Origin: Vulcanimicrobiota bacterium
GTDB lineage: Bacteria > Vulcanimicrobiota > Vulcanimicrobiia > Vulcanimicrobiales > Vulcanimicrobiaceae
NCBI GenBank assembly: GCA_963786105.1
Contig: CAWAXX010000004.1
Span: 1 to 32,431 of the forward strand
Direction of reading: 5' to 3'
DNA: 32,431 bases
Part shown: piece by piece, positions 17,574 to 28,380 of the stretch
Layout of the letters: every line of letters begins with the position of its first letter
Position numbering within the stretch: position 1 is the first letter of the stretch
The notes under the pieces: model-generated
Seen by the model: the letters and a program-made list of their open reading frames with translations, nothing else
Told to the model about the DNA's origin: nothing
The model's database searches: none
Program-made: the position numbers and the translations under genes

Positions 17574-17825
17574 ATGCGTCGCAAAGCTTCTCGGTTCAGC
17601 ATCTTGGCGTTCGTGTTTGCAATGCTCATCGGCGCGGTCGTCGGCGGCGTCGCCGTGGCTGCGACCCAAGTGCATATGAACAACGCCCTGAAGGATCTGC
17701 AATCCGCCCTCTATCAACTCAACACTGCCCAAGCGGACAAGGCGGGACACCGCCAGCAAGCGATCAAGCTCGTCAACGAAGCCATTGACGAGGTCAATCT
17801 AGGAATCAGCGCGGGCGCGCAATAG
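17574..17825 (+). CDS. Small secreted helical hypothetical protein (QxHM...DKAGHR motif)
   Basis: AGGAGG RBS, signal peptide ending AVA, two amphipathic helices. Confidence 0.8.
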   Translation: MRRKASRFSILAFVFAMLIGAVVGGVAVAATQVHMNNALKDLQSALYQLNTAQADKAGHRQQAIKLVNEAIDEVNLGISAGAQ

Positions 17826-17845
17826 GCAAGGCCGCACTGCCGTTG

Positions 17846-17860
17846 TCAGGATGACACGGT
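17846..17860. repeat. REP-like repeat remnant TCAGGATGACACGGT
   Basis: Identical 15-mer at 20153-20167; core also present at 23960-23970. Confidence 0.6.
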
Positions 17861-19670
17861 CTAAGCGGAGAGGTCGCGGAACTGGGTTCGATACAGCCGT
17901 GAGTACAGGCCGCCGCGTGCGAGCAACTCGCCGTGGCGGCCCGTTTCCACGATGCGTCCCGCATCGACGACGAAGATCGTGTCGGCGGCCAGGATCGTAG
18001 ACAGACGGTGCGCGACCACCAAACTCGTGCGTCCGCGCATGGCCGTGACCAGCGCGGCCTGAATGGCCGCTTCGTTTTCGGAATCCAGCGAACTGGTGGC
18101 TTCGTCCAAAATGAGGATGCGCGGATCCTTGAGCAACACGCGCGCGATGGCCAGCCGCTGGCGTTCGCCGCCGGAAAGTTTATGGCCGCGCTCGCCCACG
18201 ATCGTATCGTAACGGTCGGGCAACGATGCAATGAAATCGTGAATGTTGGCCGATCTGGACGCCGCTTGAAGTTCGGCGTCGGTCGCGTCCGGTTTTCCGT
18301 ATCGTAAGTTGTTCGCGATCGTATCGTGAAACAGGTACGTTTCTTGCGTGACGATCCCAATATCGCGGCGCAGCGACTCGAGATCCACCGCGCGCACGTC
18401 GTGATTGTCCACCAGCACGCGGCCGCTCTGCGGATCGTAAAAACGCGGCACCAACTGCGTAATCGTGGTCTTGCCCGCCCCCGAAGGCCCAACGAATGCG
18501 ACGGCCTCGCCGGACGCCACGTGGAAGGAGATTCCGTCGAGTACGTGGCGCGACGAGCCGTCATACGAAAACGAAACGTTTTCGAAGACGATGTCGCCGC
18601 GAACTCCTGGGAGCGAGACCGAGCCTTGGGGCGCGTACTCTTCGGGCTGCATATCCAGATAGTCGAAGATTCGCTCGAAGACGGCCAAGGCGCTGACGAT
18701 TTGTACCTGAATCCCAGCGAGCGCGGCTGCGGGTCCGTACAGGCGCCCTTGAATGAACGACACGAAGGCGACGATTACGCCGACTTGCAGCCCTCCGGCG
18801 ATCGCGTACCAGCCTCCGCCGAACCACACTAAGGCCGGCCCGACGATGACCATGGCGGTGACCGATGCTAGAAACCAGCGGCCGACCATAGCGAGATCGA
18901 CTTCGAGGTGCATCAAACGGGTTCCAACGTCGTAGAAGCGCGCTCGCTCGTACGCCTCGCGGGCAAACGACTTGATGAGCGTGATCCCGCTGATCGAAAG
19001 CGTCTCCTGGGTGATCGATTCGATTTGGTCGCGTTTCTCGCGTGTCTTCTTGCGGATGTCGTACATGCGGCGGCCGACCGGCCCGAGCGGGAACACCATC
19101 AATGGTACGATCGCGACCGAGAGCAACGCCAGCCGCCAGTTCCAAAAGAACATCGCTACCAGCGTAGAGCCGATTACGACGACGTTGGTGACGATCGACG
19201 TCAGCGTTCCAGTTACCACGTTGTCGATATTGTCCACGTCGTTGCTCACGCGGTTCATGATCTCGCCGGTTTTCGTTCCGGTAAAGAACGAGAGCGGCAT
19301 GCGGTGGAGGTGCGCGACCAGTTGGGTCCGGATGTCGCGCATGATGCCTTCGCCGACCACCGAATTTCAGGTAGCCCTGCGCGACCCCGACGAGCGCGGC
19401 GATCAAGGCCGAACCGAGAATGATTCCGACGTCGATGCCGAGCTCGGGCAGGTTGCGCTGCGGAATAGCGACATCGATGATTCTCGCGGTCATGAAACCG
19501 GGAACGAGGCCGAGGAGCGCGGCGACAACGATACAGGCCAGCACGGTGATCTGCTGGCTCCAGTACGGTGCGAACAGCGAGCGCATCCGCTTCCAGTCGA
19601 CGCGTCGCCGGATCTCGGGTTTTTCGGGCCGAAACATGGCGGACCACATCAGCCCGTGTCCGCTCAACAT
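17861..19670 (-). pseudogene. ABC exporter, fused TMD+NBD (MsbA/MdlB-like), split by a 1-nt insertion at 19365-19367 (real lesion or sequencing error)
   Basis: The N-terminal TM part in one frame ends ...AQGYL. Removing one A from CTG AAA TTC gives ...GYLNSVVGEGIMRDIR, joining the frame carrying GPSGAGKT, LSGGERQR and LDEATS (602 aa). Confidence 0.85.
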
Positions 19671-19694
19671 GGTTCGACCGCCGGTACTGAAAAG

Positions 19695-20063
19695 TTAATG
19701 CGGAACGGTAATTTGATGGAGTGAAACTTTGTTACCCTCGGCATCCTCGAACGACGTAATCTTGCAGACCGGCGTCGCGTAAGGATCCTCGGCCCGCACG
19801 CCTTTCGCTCGCAGATCGGCGACCGCTTTATCGATGTCGTTAACCTCGAACACGATCCCCGAAGCAGTGCCCGGATCGCGCTGCATCCACTCATGGGTCA
19901 TAAGGCTGAAATAGCCGCCGCCGACGTTTGCTTCGTTGTATTTTTCGACGCCTTCCTCGAGGTACGGCCCGGCAAACGACAGTCCAAGCTTATCTTCGTA
20001 CCATTGACGCAGCCCGGCAACGTCTTTGGCGGGATAAGCCGTAAACGCAATCTCTTTGATCAT
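19695..20063 (-). CDS. VOC family protein (glyoxalase/bleomycin resistance)
   Basis: WYEDKLGL, IVFEVNDID, FEDAEGNKVSLHQ; AAAGGA RBS. Confidence 0.88.
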   Translation of the reverse strand: MIKEIAFTAYPAKDVAGLRQWYEDKLGLSFAGPYLEEGVEKYNEANVGGGYFSLMTHEWMQRDPGTASGIVFEVNDIDKAVADLRAKGVRAEDPYATPVCKITSFEDAEGNKVSLHQITVPH

Positions 20064-20093
20064 GGGGATCCTTTCTTTGATGGTCCTTTCTTG

Positions 20094-20191
20094 GTCCCTC
20101 GACTACGGCGCTTCGCGCCTCCGCTCGGGATGACAGCGCTTCGCGCTTTTGCTCAGGATGACACGGTTGAGCGCCTCCGACCACGATGACA
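20094..20191. repeat. REP-like element with three tandem degenerate 28-nt units ending GATGACA
   Basis: Units at 20108-20135, 20136-20163 and 20164-20191. The first copy (20094-20135) resembles 23931-23970. Confidence 0.75.
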
Positions 20192-20203
20192 CGAGCGGAT
20201 TGC

Positions 20204-21220
20204 CTAAGGTTTCCCGTCGCGGAGGGAGGATAATTCCTTGACGAGCTTCTTTTCTCTATCGCTCAAGCTCTCGGGTAGCTGACCGATCAGACGCACGTAC
20301 TGATCGCCCGCGCCGCCACCTTTCACGTGAGGCATGCCTTTGCCGGAAAGGCGCAACAGGCGATTGTTTTGCGTTCCTTCGGGAATGGTCATGGCGACTT
20401 GCCCGCCGAGCGTCGGCACCTTCACTTCACCGCCCAGCAGCAAATCGTAGATGCTCACCGGAAGATCCACGTAAAGGTCGTCGCCTTTGCGTTTGTAGGT
20501 TGGGTCCTCGGACGACTTCACGATGAGGAAGAGGTCGCCGTTCGGACCGCCGTTCAGTCCGACGCCGCCCTGTCCGGCCAGGCGAATGCGTTGTCCCTCG
20601 CCGATGCCCTTGGGAATGGTGACGTCGAATTTCTTCAGGCTCAGAACGCGGCCGGTACCGTGACATTGCGGACAGAGGTGCCCGTTCTCGGTGCCGGTTC
20701 CGTGGCAACGCGGGCAGACGTCCTCGACCTGAAGCGATATCGACTTCTTGCCGCCGTCGTAGGTATCGCGAAGACCGAGTTCGATGCTCGTTTCCAAATC
20801 TTGTCCGCGTTGTGAGAAACGGGTTGCCCCGCCGGTCTGACGCCGGCCTACGCCGGAGAAAAACATGTCGAAGAAATCCGAAAAGCCGCTCGGAGCGGCG
20901 GTCCCGCCGCCACCGCCGAAGTTCCCGAAATCGAAGTCGTCGGCGCCGGCACTCGTGCGATAGCGGCGTTGTTGCTCGGCTTGACGCGCGGCTTGTTGCC
21001 AGTCCGGTCCGAGCAGGTCATACTTTTTGCGCTTCTCCGCGTCGCCTAATACCTCGTAGGCCTCGGAAATTTCTTTGAATTTCTCCTCGGCCTCTTTGGC
21101 GTTGTTCGGATTCGCATCGGGATGCCATTTGCGCGCGAGCTTCCGATACGCAGACTTAATGTCTTTTTGCGCCGCGTTCTTGGGAACTCCGAGAACGGAG
21201 TAGTAGTCTCGGAAATTCAT
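20204..21220 (-). CDS. dnaJ: DnaJ-class co-chaperone (J domain, only two CXXCXGXG motifs, C-terminal domain)
   Basis: [11 protein letters not shown] motif, [35 protein letters not shown]; downstream of dnaK-grpE. Confidence 0.88.
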   Translation of the reverse strand: MNFRDYYSVLGVPKNAAQKDIKSAYRKLARKWHPDANPNNAKEAEEKFKEISEAYEVLGDAEKRKKYDLLGPDWQQAARQAEQQRRYRTSAGADDFDFGNFGGGGGTAAPSGFSDFFDMFFSGVGRRQTGGATRFSQRGQDLETSIELGLRDTYDGGKKSISLQVEDVCPRCHGTGTENGHLCPQCHGTGRVLSLKKFDVTIPKGIGEGQRIRLAGQGGVGLNGGPNGDLFLIVKSSEDPTYKRKGDDLYVDLPVSIYDLLLGGEVKVPTLGGQVAMTIPEGTQNNRLLRLSGKGMPHVKGGGAGDQYVRLIGQLPESLSDREKKLVKELSSLRDGKP

Positions 21221-21747
21221 CCGTCGCTTTTCGCGACGATGACCTTCGCGGGCCGCAACAACTCGTCGCCGATGTTGTACCCTTTTTCGGCGACTTCGAC
21301 GACGATGTCGTCGACGACGCCGTCGCGCGATTCGGTTCCGATGGCCTCAGCGACGCGCGGATCGAAGGTTTTGTCCTTGACGTCGATCGCCTTCACGCCC
21401 TCGCCGGCCAGCACGGCCTCGAAGCCTTTAAGGGTTTGTTCGATTCCGCCGCGCAGTTTTTCGCTTGCGGCGTCGTAACGCAGCGCGCGCTCGAGGTTGT
21501 CGAGCACGGGTAAAAAGCGCTCGAGCAGCGTCCGCCGCCGCGCGGTCACGATGGCCTCGAGGTCGCGCTGGATGCGTTTCTTATAGTTTTCGAAGTCGGC
21601 GGTCGCCAGCAAGAATTTGTTGTAGTTCTCGTCGGCGCGCGCCTCCGCAGCCGAAAGCCGCGCTTCGAGCGATTCGCTGTCGCCGGGTTGGTCTTCGATC
21701 ACCGCTTCCCCGGCTTCGGTTCTCAACGTCGATTGATCGTCAAACAT
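21217..21747 (-). CDS. grpE: Nucleotide exchange factor GrpE
   Basis: [26 protein letters not shown]...LLRPAKVIV. Confidence 0.95.
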   Translation of the reverse strand: MFDDQSTLRTEAGEAVIEDQPGDSESLEARLSAAEARADENYNKFLLATADFENYKKRIQRDLEAIVTARRRTLLERFLPVLDNLERALRYDAASEKLRGGIEQTLKGFEAVLAGEGVKAIDVKDKTFDPRVAEAIGTESRDGVVDDIVVEVAEKGYNIGDELLRPAKVIVAKSDG

Positions 21748-21785
21748 CAGTTCCTACATGCATTTATAAATCGCGCGCGCCCCAA

Positions 21786-21807
21786 TGCCGGGCCATGCGG
21801 CCCGGCA
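21786..21807. other. GC-rich stem-loop between dnaK and grpE (possible mRNA stabiliser or attenuator)
   Basis: TGCCGGGCC-atgc-GGCCCGGCA, a perfect 9-bp stem without a clear U tract. Confidence 0.55.
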
Positions 21808-21839
21808 CCGGAGTGCGACGCAACGGCCAATCGGCCGGG

Positions 21840-23693
<1,854 letters not shown>

Positions 23694-23871
23694 AAATTGT
23701 TTACCTCAAAATTAAACGTTTCCGGACGCCTGGACCAGCTAACCGAACGGCCACGAATCGACGGTGGATGCGTTTCTTACGATGGTCGCCCGGGCGCCTT
23801 GCCGCTTACGGAACGGCCCGGATTTGATGGTTCCGCCTCATCATACACGATGGGCGGCACACTTGTTCCGC

Positions 23872-23902
23872 AAAGTTAAACCCGCCGGAAACCCGGCGGG
23901 TT
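23872..23902 (-). terminator. Probable intrinsic terminator after the HtrA gene
   Basis: 10-bp stem AACCCGCCGG/CCGGCGGGTT followed on the minus strand by TAACTTT. Confidence 0.6.
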
Positions 23903-23930
23903 GCAGGACGTCCCTTGCGAGCGGACGCTC

Positions 23931-23970
23931 GTCCTTCGGCTGCGCGCCTGGCGCTCCGCTCAGGATGACA
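23931..23970. repeat. REP-like element (GTCCTTCG...CCGCTCAGGATGACA)
   Basis: Shares both ends and an internal GCGC hairpin with 20094-20135; same orientation, just 3' of a minus-strand stop. Confidence 0.7.
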
Positions 23971-23981
23971 GAGCTTCGCGG

Positions 23982-25226
23982 CTACGGTTGCTCGGGCTGC
24001 TGCTGCTGAGGCTGCTGTTCGCCCTGGCTGACCGGCTGGGCGGCCGGCGTTTCGCCAAGCTTGACGGCGACCAGCTTCTTCATTCCTTGCGACCAGACGT
24101 TCACGCGAATCGTGTCGCCGGGTTTCTTCGAACTGATGTAGTCGTGCATGGTCTTGCGGTTTTCGAAATTCTTGCCGTCGATCTCCAGGATCACGTCACC
24201 GGGTTGAATGCCCGCTTGATCGGCCGGCGACCCGGAGAAGACTTGCTGCACGGCGACGCCGCCCGGCCCGTTGTAGCCGATTTGATTGCGCACGCCGGTC
24301 GTGAGATCGGCCATGAAGATGCCCAGGAAGCCGGTGTCGGTCCCCTGGTGGATGCCCGGATGCTTGAGTAGGTCCGCGACCACCGAACGAACGGTGTTCG
24401 AGGGAATCGCAAAGCCGATGCCCTGGGCGTAGGCCGACTTCACCGTCGACTGATTGATGCCGACGACCTGGCCGTCGATGTCGATCAGCGGGCCGCCGGA
24501 GTTCCCGGCGTTGATCGGCGCCGAGGTCTGCAGGAGCCCCTTGAAGTCGATGACGCTGCCGTTCTCGGTGGGGATCGGCTCGGAGCGGTTGAAGGCTGAA
24601 ACCACGCCGACGGTTACCGTCTGCTGCAGTTCGAGGGGTTCGCCGATGGCGATCGCCCACTGTCCCTGCTCGAGCTTGTTTGAATCGGCGAGCTCCAGCG
24701 GGGGCGGAAGCTTCCCGTAGTTATCGACCTTAATGATGGCGGTATCCGAGCCGACATTAGCCCCGACGACGTGTGCCGGCACCCGGTCGCCGTTGGCAAA
24801 AACGACCGTCATCTTGGTGATCTGCGCGCCGGACTGCGGCTGGACGACGTGCGCGTTGGTCACGATGTCGCCCTGCGAGTCGAGGACGAAGCCAGAGCCC
24901 GACGCCTGGCCCCGGTAGCGCTGGACCGTTCCGGGGGATTGCTGCCCGAAGAACTGTTGAAAGAACGGATCGGCCGGCACGTACTGCTGGCCGTTGATGT
25001 CTTCGACGATCGCGACGACGGACGACTTGGTCCGTTTGACCGCGCTCACGATACGATCTTGGTCGCTAACGCCGCTTAGTGGAACTGCGGCAACCGCCGG
25101 GGGGGTTCGGTCGGGGCCGGTCGCGCCGCCGAAGTGCGAGCTGGCGTAGAGCATCATCAGAAAGCTGCCGGCGACGGCTCCCACGAGACCGACGATGAGG
25201 GTGGGGAGGAAACGCTTATTCACCAT
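23982..25226 (-). CDS. htrA: HtrA/DegP-family serine protease, N-terminal anchor, single PDZ
   Basis: GSGF, TNAHVV (His), SDTAIIK (Asp), [10 protein letters not shown] (Ser), PDZ FLGI...GDVILEIDG. Confidence 0.92.
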   Translation of the reverse strand: MVNKRFLPTLIVGLVGAVAGSFLMMLYASSHFGGATGPDRTPPAVAAVPLSGVSDQDRIVSAVKRTKSSVVAIVEDINGQQYVPADPFFQQFFGQQSPGTVQRYRGQASGSGFVLDSQGDIVTNAHVVQPQSGAQITKMTVVFANGDRVPAHVVGANVGSDTAIIKVDNYGKLPPPLELADSNKLEQGQWAIAIGEPLELQQTVTVGVVSAFNRSEPIPTENGSVIDFKGLLQTSAPINAGNSGGPLIDIDGQVVGINQSTVKSAYAQGIGFAIPSNTVRSVVADLLKHPGIHQGTDTGFLGIFMADLTTGVRNQIGYNGPGGVAVQQVFSGSPADQAGIQPGDVILEIDGKNFENRKTMHDYISSKKPGDTIRVNVWSQGMKKLVAVKLGETPAAQPVSQGEQQPQQQQPEQP

Positions 25227-25287
25227 TCTCCAAAACCATAGTGCTGTCGAGTGATCTAGACCTACCTACCATGGAAACGCCGAAATG

Positions 25288-26001
25288 TCACAGAAGGTGG
25301 CCGGCCGGCTGGGTGACCGCGTCGGCGACCACGAGTCCATCCAGCAGCCGGATGACCCGGTGCGCGTTCCTGGCGATGTTTTCGTCGTGGGTCACCATGA
25401 CGATGGTACGCCCGCTTTCGTGGAGCCTGCTGAAGAGCGCCATAATGTCGTCGCTGGTCCGCGAGTCCAGATTTCCCGTCGGTTCGTCGGCCAGGAGCAC
25501 GGCGGGGTCGTTGATCAGGGCGCGGGCGATCGCTACGCGCTGCTGCTGCCCGCCGGACAGCTGGCTGGGCTGATGGTGTCCGCGGTCGCCGATGCCGACG
25601 TTTTCGAGTGCCTGCTGGGCCAGCTTCAGACGCCGCTTGACGGCGATGCCGGCATAGAACAACGGAAGCGCGACGTTGTTAAGGGCGTCGGTGCGCGCCA
25701 GCAAATTAAAACCCTGAAAGACGAAGCCGAGCTTGCGGAGGCGCAGTTGCGCGAGCGCGTTGTCGTCGAGTTTCGAAACGTCCACGCCGTCCAGAATGTA
25801 GGTCCCGCTGGTGGGCCGGTCGAGACACCCAATGAGGTTCATGAGCGTCGACTTCCCCGAACCCGACGGACCCATGACGGCGACGTATTCCCCGCTTTCG
25901 ATCGTAAAGGTGATGCCGTGCAACACCGGGACCTTGAGCGGACCGTTTTCGTAGGTCTTGTGAATGTCTCGCAGGTCGATCGCGCGGGTGGGATCACTCA
26001 T
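25288..26001 (-). CDS. ABC ATP-binding protein, MacB/LolD (YknY-like) family
   Basis: [40 protein letters not shown] at 26001 overlaps the upstream permease stop. Confidence 0.93.
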   Translation of the reverse strand: MSDPTRAIDLRDIHKTYENGPLKVPVLHGITFTIESGEYVAVMGPSGSGKSTLMNLIGCLDRPTSGTYILDGVDVSKLDDNALAQLRLRKLGFVFQGFNLLARTDALNNVALPLFYAGIAVKRRLKLAQQALENVGIGDRGHHQPSQLSGGQQQRVAIARALINDPAVLLADEPTGNLDSRTSDDIMALFSRLHESGRTIVMVTHDENIARNAHRVIRLLDGLVVADAVTQPAGHLL

Positions 26002-27190
26002 AGCGCAGCGCCTCGATCGGATCGAGGCTGGCGGCGCGAAACGCCGGATACGTCCCAAACGCCAGCGTCACGACGACCGCGAACGCGCCCGCGATGACCA
26101 TCGTTTCGAGCCACGGGAGCGGCGGGACCGAGCCGGTTACCTTCACGATCGCCACCCCATTGACCAATGCGCCGAGTCCGATGCCGATCGCCCAGCCGAT
26201 CGCGCAGCCCGTCCCGCACAGTAACAGAGCTTCGATGAAGAATTGTGCGAGCACTTGCGAGCGTCGCGCGCCGATGGCTTTGCGCACGCCGATTTCGCGC
26301 GTGCGCTCGGCAACCGATACGAGCATGATGTTCATGATCCCGATACCGGCGACCAGAAGCGACACTGCACCGATCAGGGCGACGATCAGGGTCATCGCGT
26401 TGAACACGCCGTTGATGCCGTGGGTGACCTGCGACTTGTCGAAGCTTTGGTATTGCAACTCGGGTTTATTGCGCATCGCGCGAATCTGCTTGATGACCGC
26501 CGTCTCGGACGCGGCAATCGCCGAGGGATCGGCAGTAACGAAGCGGGCCGCGAATAGCGAGCTGCCGCGCAGGTAACGGTTGACGTAGGTGGTCCACGGG
26601 ATGGCAACCTGACCCGCGAAGTTGACGTTGAGAAACCCTTGCTTGGGTGATTGCAACACGCCGACGACCAAGAAGCGGTTCGGACCGGCGTACACGCTTT
26701 GACCGGTCGGATCGCCGCCGTCGGGAAATAGCCGGACGTAGGCGTCGTGCTGCAACACGGTGACGTTCGAAGCCGCATCGACGTCGCTCTGGTCGATGTG
26801 CCGGCCGTACTGCACCGGAAGCGTATTGAACGGGATGTTGCTCTCGGGCGAAATGCGGTAACGTCCTTCGTGGTGACCGTTTCGCACGAGATCGTTGATG
26901 CCGGCCACCGGTACGGCATCGACGATACCGGGCACCGTGTTGCGGATCGTCTCCAAATCGCTCAGCTTGATCGCGGCCGACGTTACGTCGTGCTGCTGCG
27001 GATTCGGGAAGATGATGAACGAGTTGTCGGACATGCCGCCGAGCAAGCCGTCGATTGCGCCGGCCATGCTGGTGCCCAGCACCTGAATGGCGATCACAGC
27101 GGCTACGCCGATGATCAGGCCGACCATCGTCAGTAGGGAACGGAGTTTGTTGCCCAGCAAGACGCTGGTCGCTTCGTGAAAGTAGATCAC
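25994..27190 (-). CDS. ABC permease, MacB/FtsX family
   Basis: [53 protein letters not shown]. Confidence 0.93.
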   Translation of the reverse strand: MIYFHEATSVLLGNKLRSLLTMVGLIIGVAAVIAIQVLGTSMAGAIDGLLGGMSDNSFIIFPNPQQHDVTSAAIKLSDLETIRNTVPGIVDAVPVAGINDLVRNGHHEGRYRISPESNIPFNTLPVQYGRHIDQSDVDAASNVTVLQHDAYVRLFPDGGDPTGQSVYAGPNRFLVVGVLQSPKQGFLNVNFAGQVAIPWTTYVNRYLRGSSLFAARFVTADPSAIAASETAVIKQIRAMRNKPELQYQSFDKSQVTHGINGVFNAMTLIVALIGAVSLLVAGIGIMNIMLVSVAERTREIGVRKAIGARRSQVLAQFFIEALLLCGTGCAIGWAIGIGLGALVNGVAIVKVTGSVPPLPWLETMVIAGAFAVVVTLAFGTYPAFRAASLDPIEALRYE

Positions 27191-28380
27191 GACCGCAGCG
27201 CCTCGATTGGATCCAAGTTCGCGGCCCGAATCGCCGGATACGTTCCGAAAATCATTCCTACGGCGATCGAGAAAGCCAACGCGATGCTGACGATTAGCAG
27301 ATACGGAATGAGCAGTTCGCCGAGTTGTTTGCTCAGGAGCGATGCGGCGCCGATGGTTGCCGTCAGGCCGAGTCCCATGCCGATCCCGCCGCCGATGAGC
27401 GAGAGGACGATGGCCTCCATCATGAATTGCAGGACGATGTTCGAGCGGCTCGCACCGATGGCTTTGCGAATGCCGATCTCTCGCGTGCGTTCGGTGACCG
27501 ATACGAGCATGATGTTCATAATGCCGATGCCCGCTACCACGAGGGCGACGCCGCCGATGGCGGAGAGACCTGCTGCGATGACGTTGAGCGAGCTGTCGAA
27601 GGCGGTGAGAAAACCCGCGCCGTTCTGTACCTGATACTGAGCGCGATCTCCGTGCACGTGCTGCAGCACCCGTACGGCAGCTTTGCCGACCGCGTCCGCC
27701 TGCGTTTGCTCGGCGGGGTAGACGAGAATCGAGTCGAGATCTCCCGGAGAAAAAGCGGTGTAAAACGTCGAGTACGGCAACACGATGCCGCTGCCGGCGA
27801 GCGCGTTCATGAACGAACCCTTGATGTTCGCATAGACGCCCACGACCTCGCAGCGTATGCCGTTGACCCGTAGAAAGTTGCCGACCGTGGGACCGCTCCC
27901 GAAGTACTTCTCCGCGAGATCGGAGGTCATCACGCAGACGCGAGCGGCTGAGGCGACGTCGGCCGCGTCTACCTTTCGGCCCTCGGACATAACCAGCGTA
28001 TCGGTGTGATAGCCGCCGTCGATGGCGACATTTTCGTAGTCGCGTACGCTTCCATTGGCGACGCGGTACGTGCGTTGCCAGTTTGGATAAACGGCCGCCA
28101 CACGATCGCCGAGCGCATCGGTGATGGCCGCAACGTCACGGTAGTGCAGGGCCGCTCGCGCGGGATCGTTTTGCGAGGGATCGGGCGCGACGAAGACCGG
28201 CAGTTGGCCGAACGAGGCGAACGTCCCGGTGATGCCGCTGGTCGCGGCGCGGCTGATTCCAAAGACCGCAATGATCGAGGCGCTGCCGATGATCATGCCG
28301 AGCATCGTGAGCGCCGACCGAACGCGGTTGCGCCACAGCGCGGCGGTAGCTTCTTCGAGATACGAGAGCAGGTACGTCAC
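27187..28380 (-). CDS. ABC permease, MacB/FtsX family (second paralog)
   Basis: NRVRSALTMLGMIIG, GIGIMNIMLVSVTERTREIGIRKAIGA, LDPIEALRS. Confidence 0.93.
   Translation of the reverse strand: MTYLLSYLEEATAALWRNRVRSALTMLGMIIGSASIIAVFGISRAATSGITGTFASFGQLPVFVAPDPSQNDPARAALHYRDVAAITDALGDRVAAVYPNWQRTYRVANGSVRDYENVAIDGGYHTDTLVMSEGRKVDAADVASAARVCVMTSDLAEKYFGSGPTVGNFLRVNGIRCEVVGVYANIKGSFMNALAGSGIVLPYSTFYTAFSPGDLDSILVYPAEQTQADAVGKAAVRVLQHVHGDRAQYQVQNGAGFLTAFDSSLNVIAAGLSAIGGVALVVAGIGIMNIMLVSVTERTREIGIRKAIGASRSNIVLQFMMEAIVLSLIGGGIGMGLGLTATIGAASLLSKQLGELLIPYLLIVSIALAFSIAVGMIFGTYPAIRAANLDPIEALRS

Noticed and set aside
18561..19364. C-terminal ~270 aa of the 369-aa ORF 18561..19670
   Set aside because: Arg-rich out-of-frame read-through after the frameshift, not a real domain.
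19360..19372. Programmed ribosomal frameshift in the ABC exporter
   Set aside because: It would need a +1 shift at AAA-U with no slippery heptamer, shift-prone stop or stimulator visible.
20108..20191. Possible mini CRISPR array
   Set aside because: Units are contiguous, degenerate 28-mers without unique spacers, and no cas genes are present.
23806..23844. 12-codon minus-strand uORF MMRRNHQIRAVP upstream of dnaK
   Set aside because: No RBS, and its start overlaps the candidate -10 hexamer, so it may not be transcribed; a chance ORF is likely.
26250..27560. Nucleotide similarity between 26270-26350 and 27450-27535
   Set aside because: Explained by the conserved GIMNIMLVSV-ERTREIG-RKAIGA motif in two paralogous permeases; not a mobile repeat.
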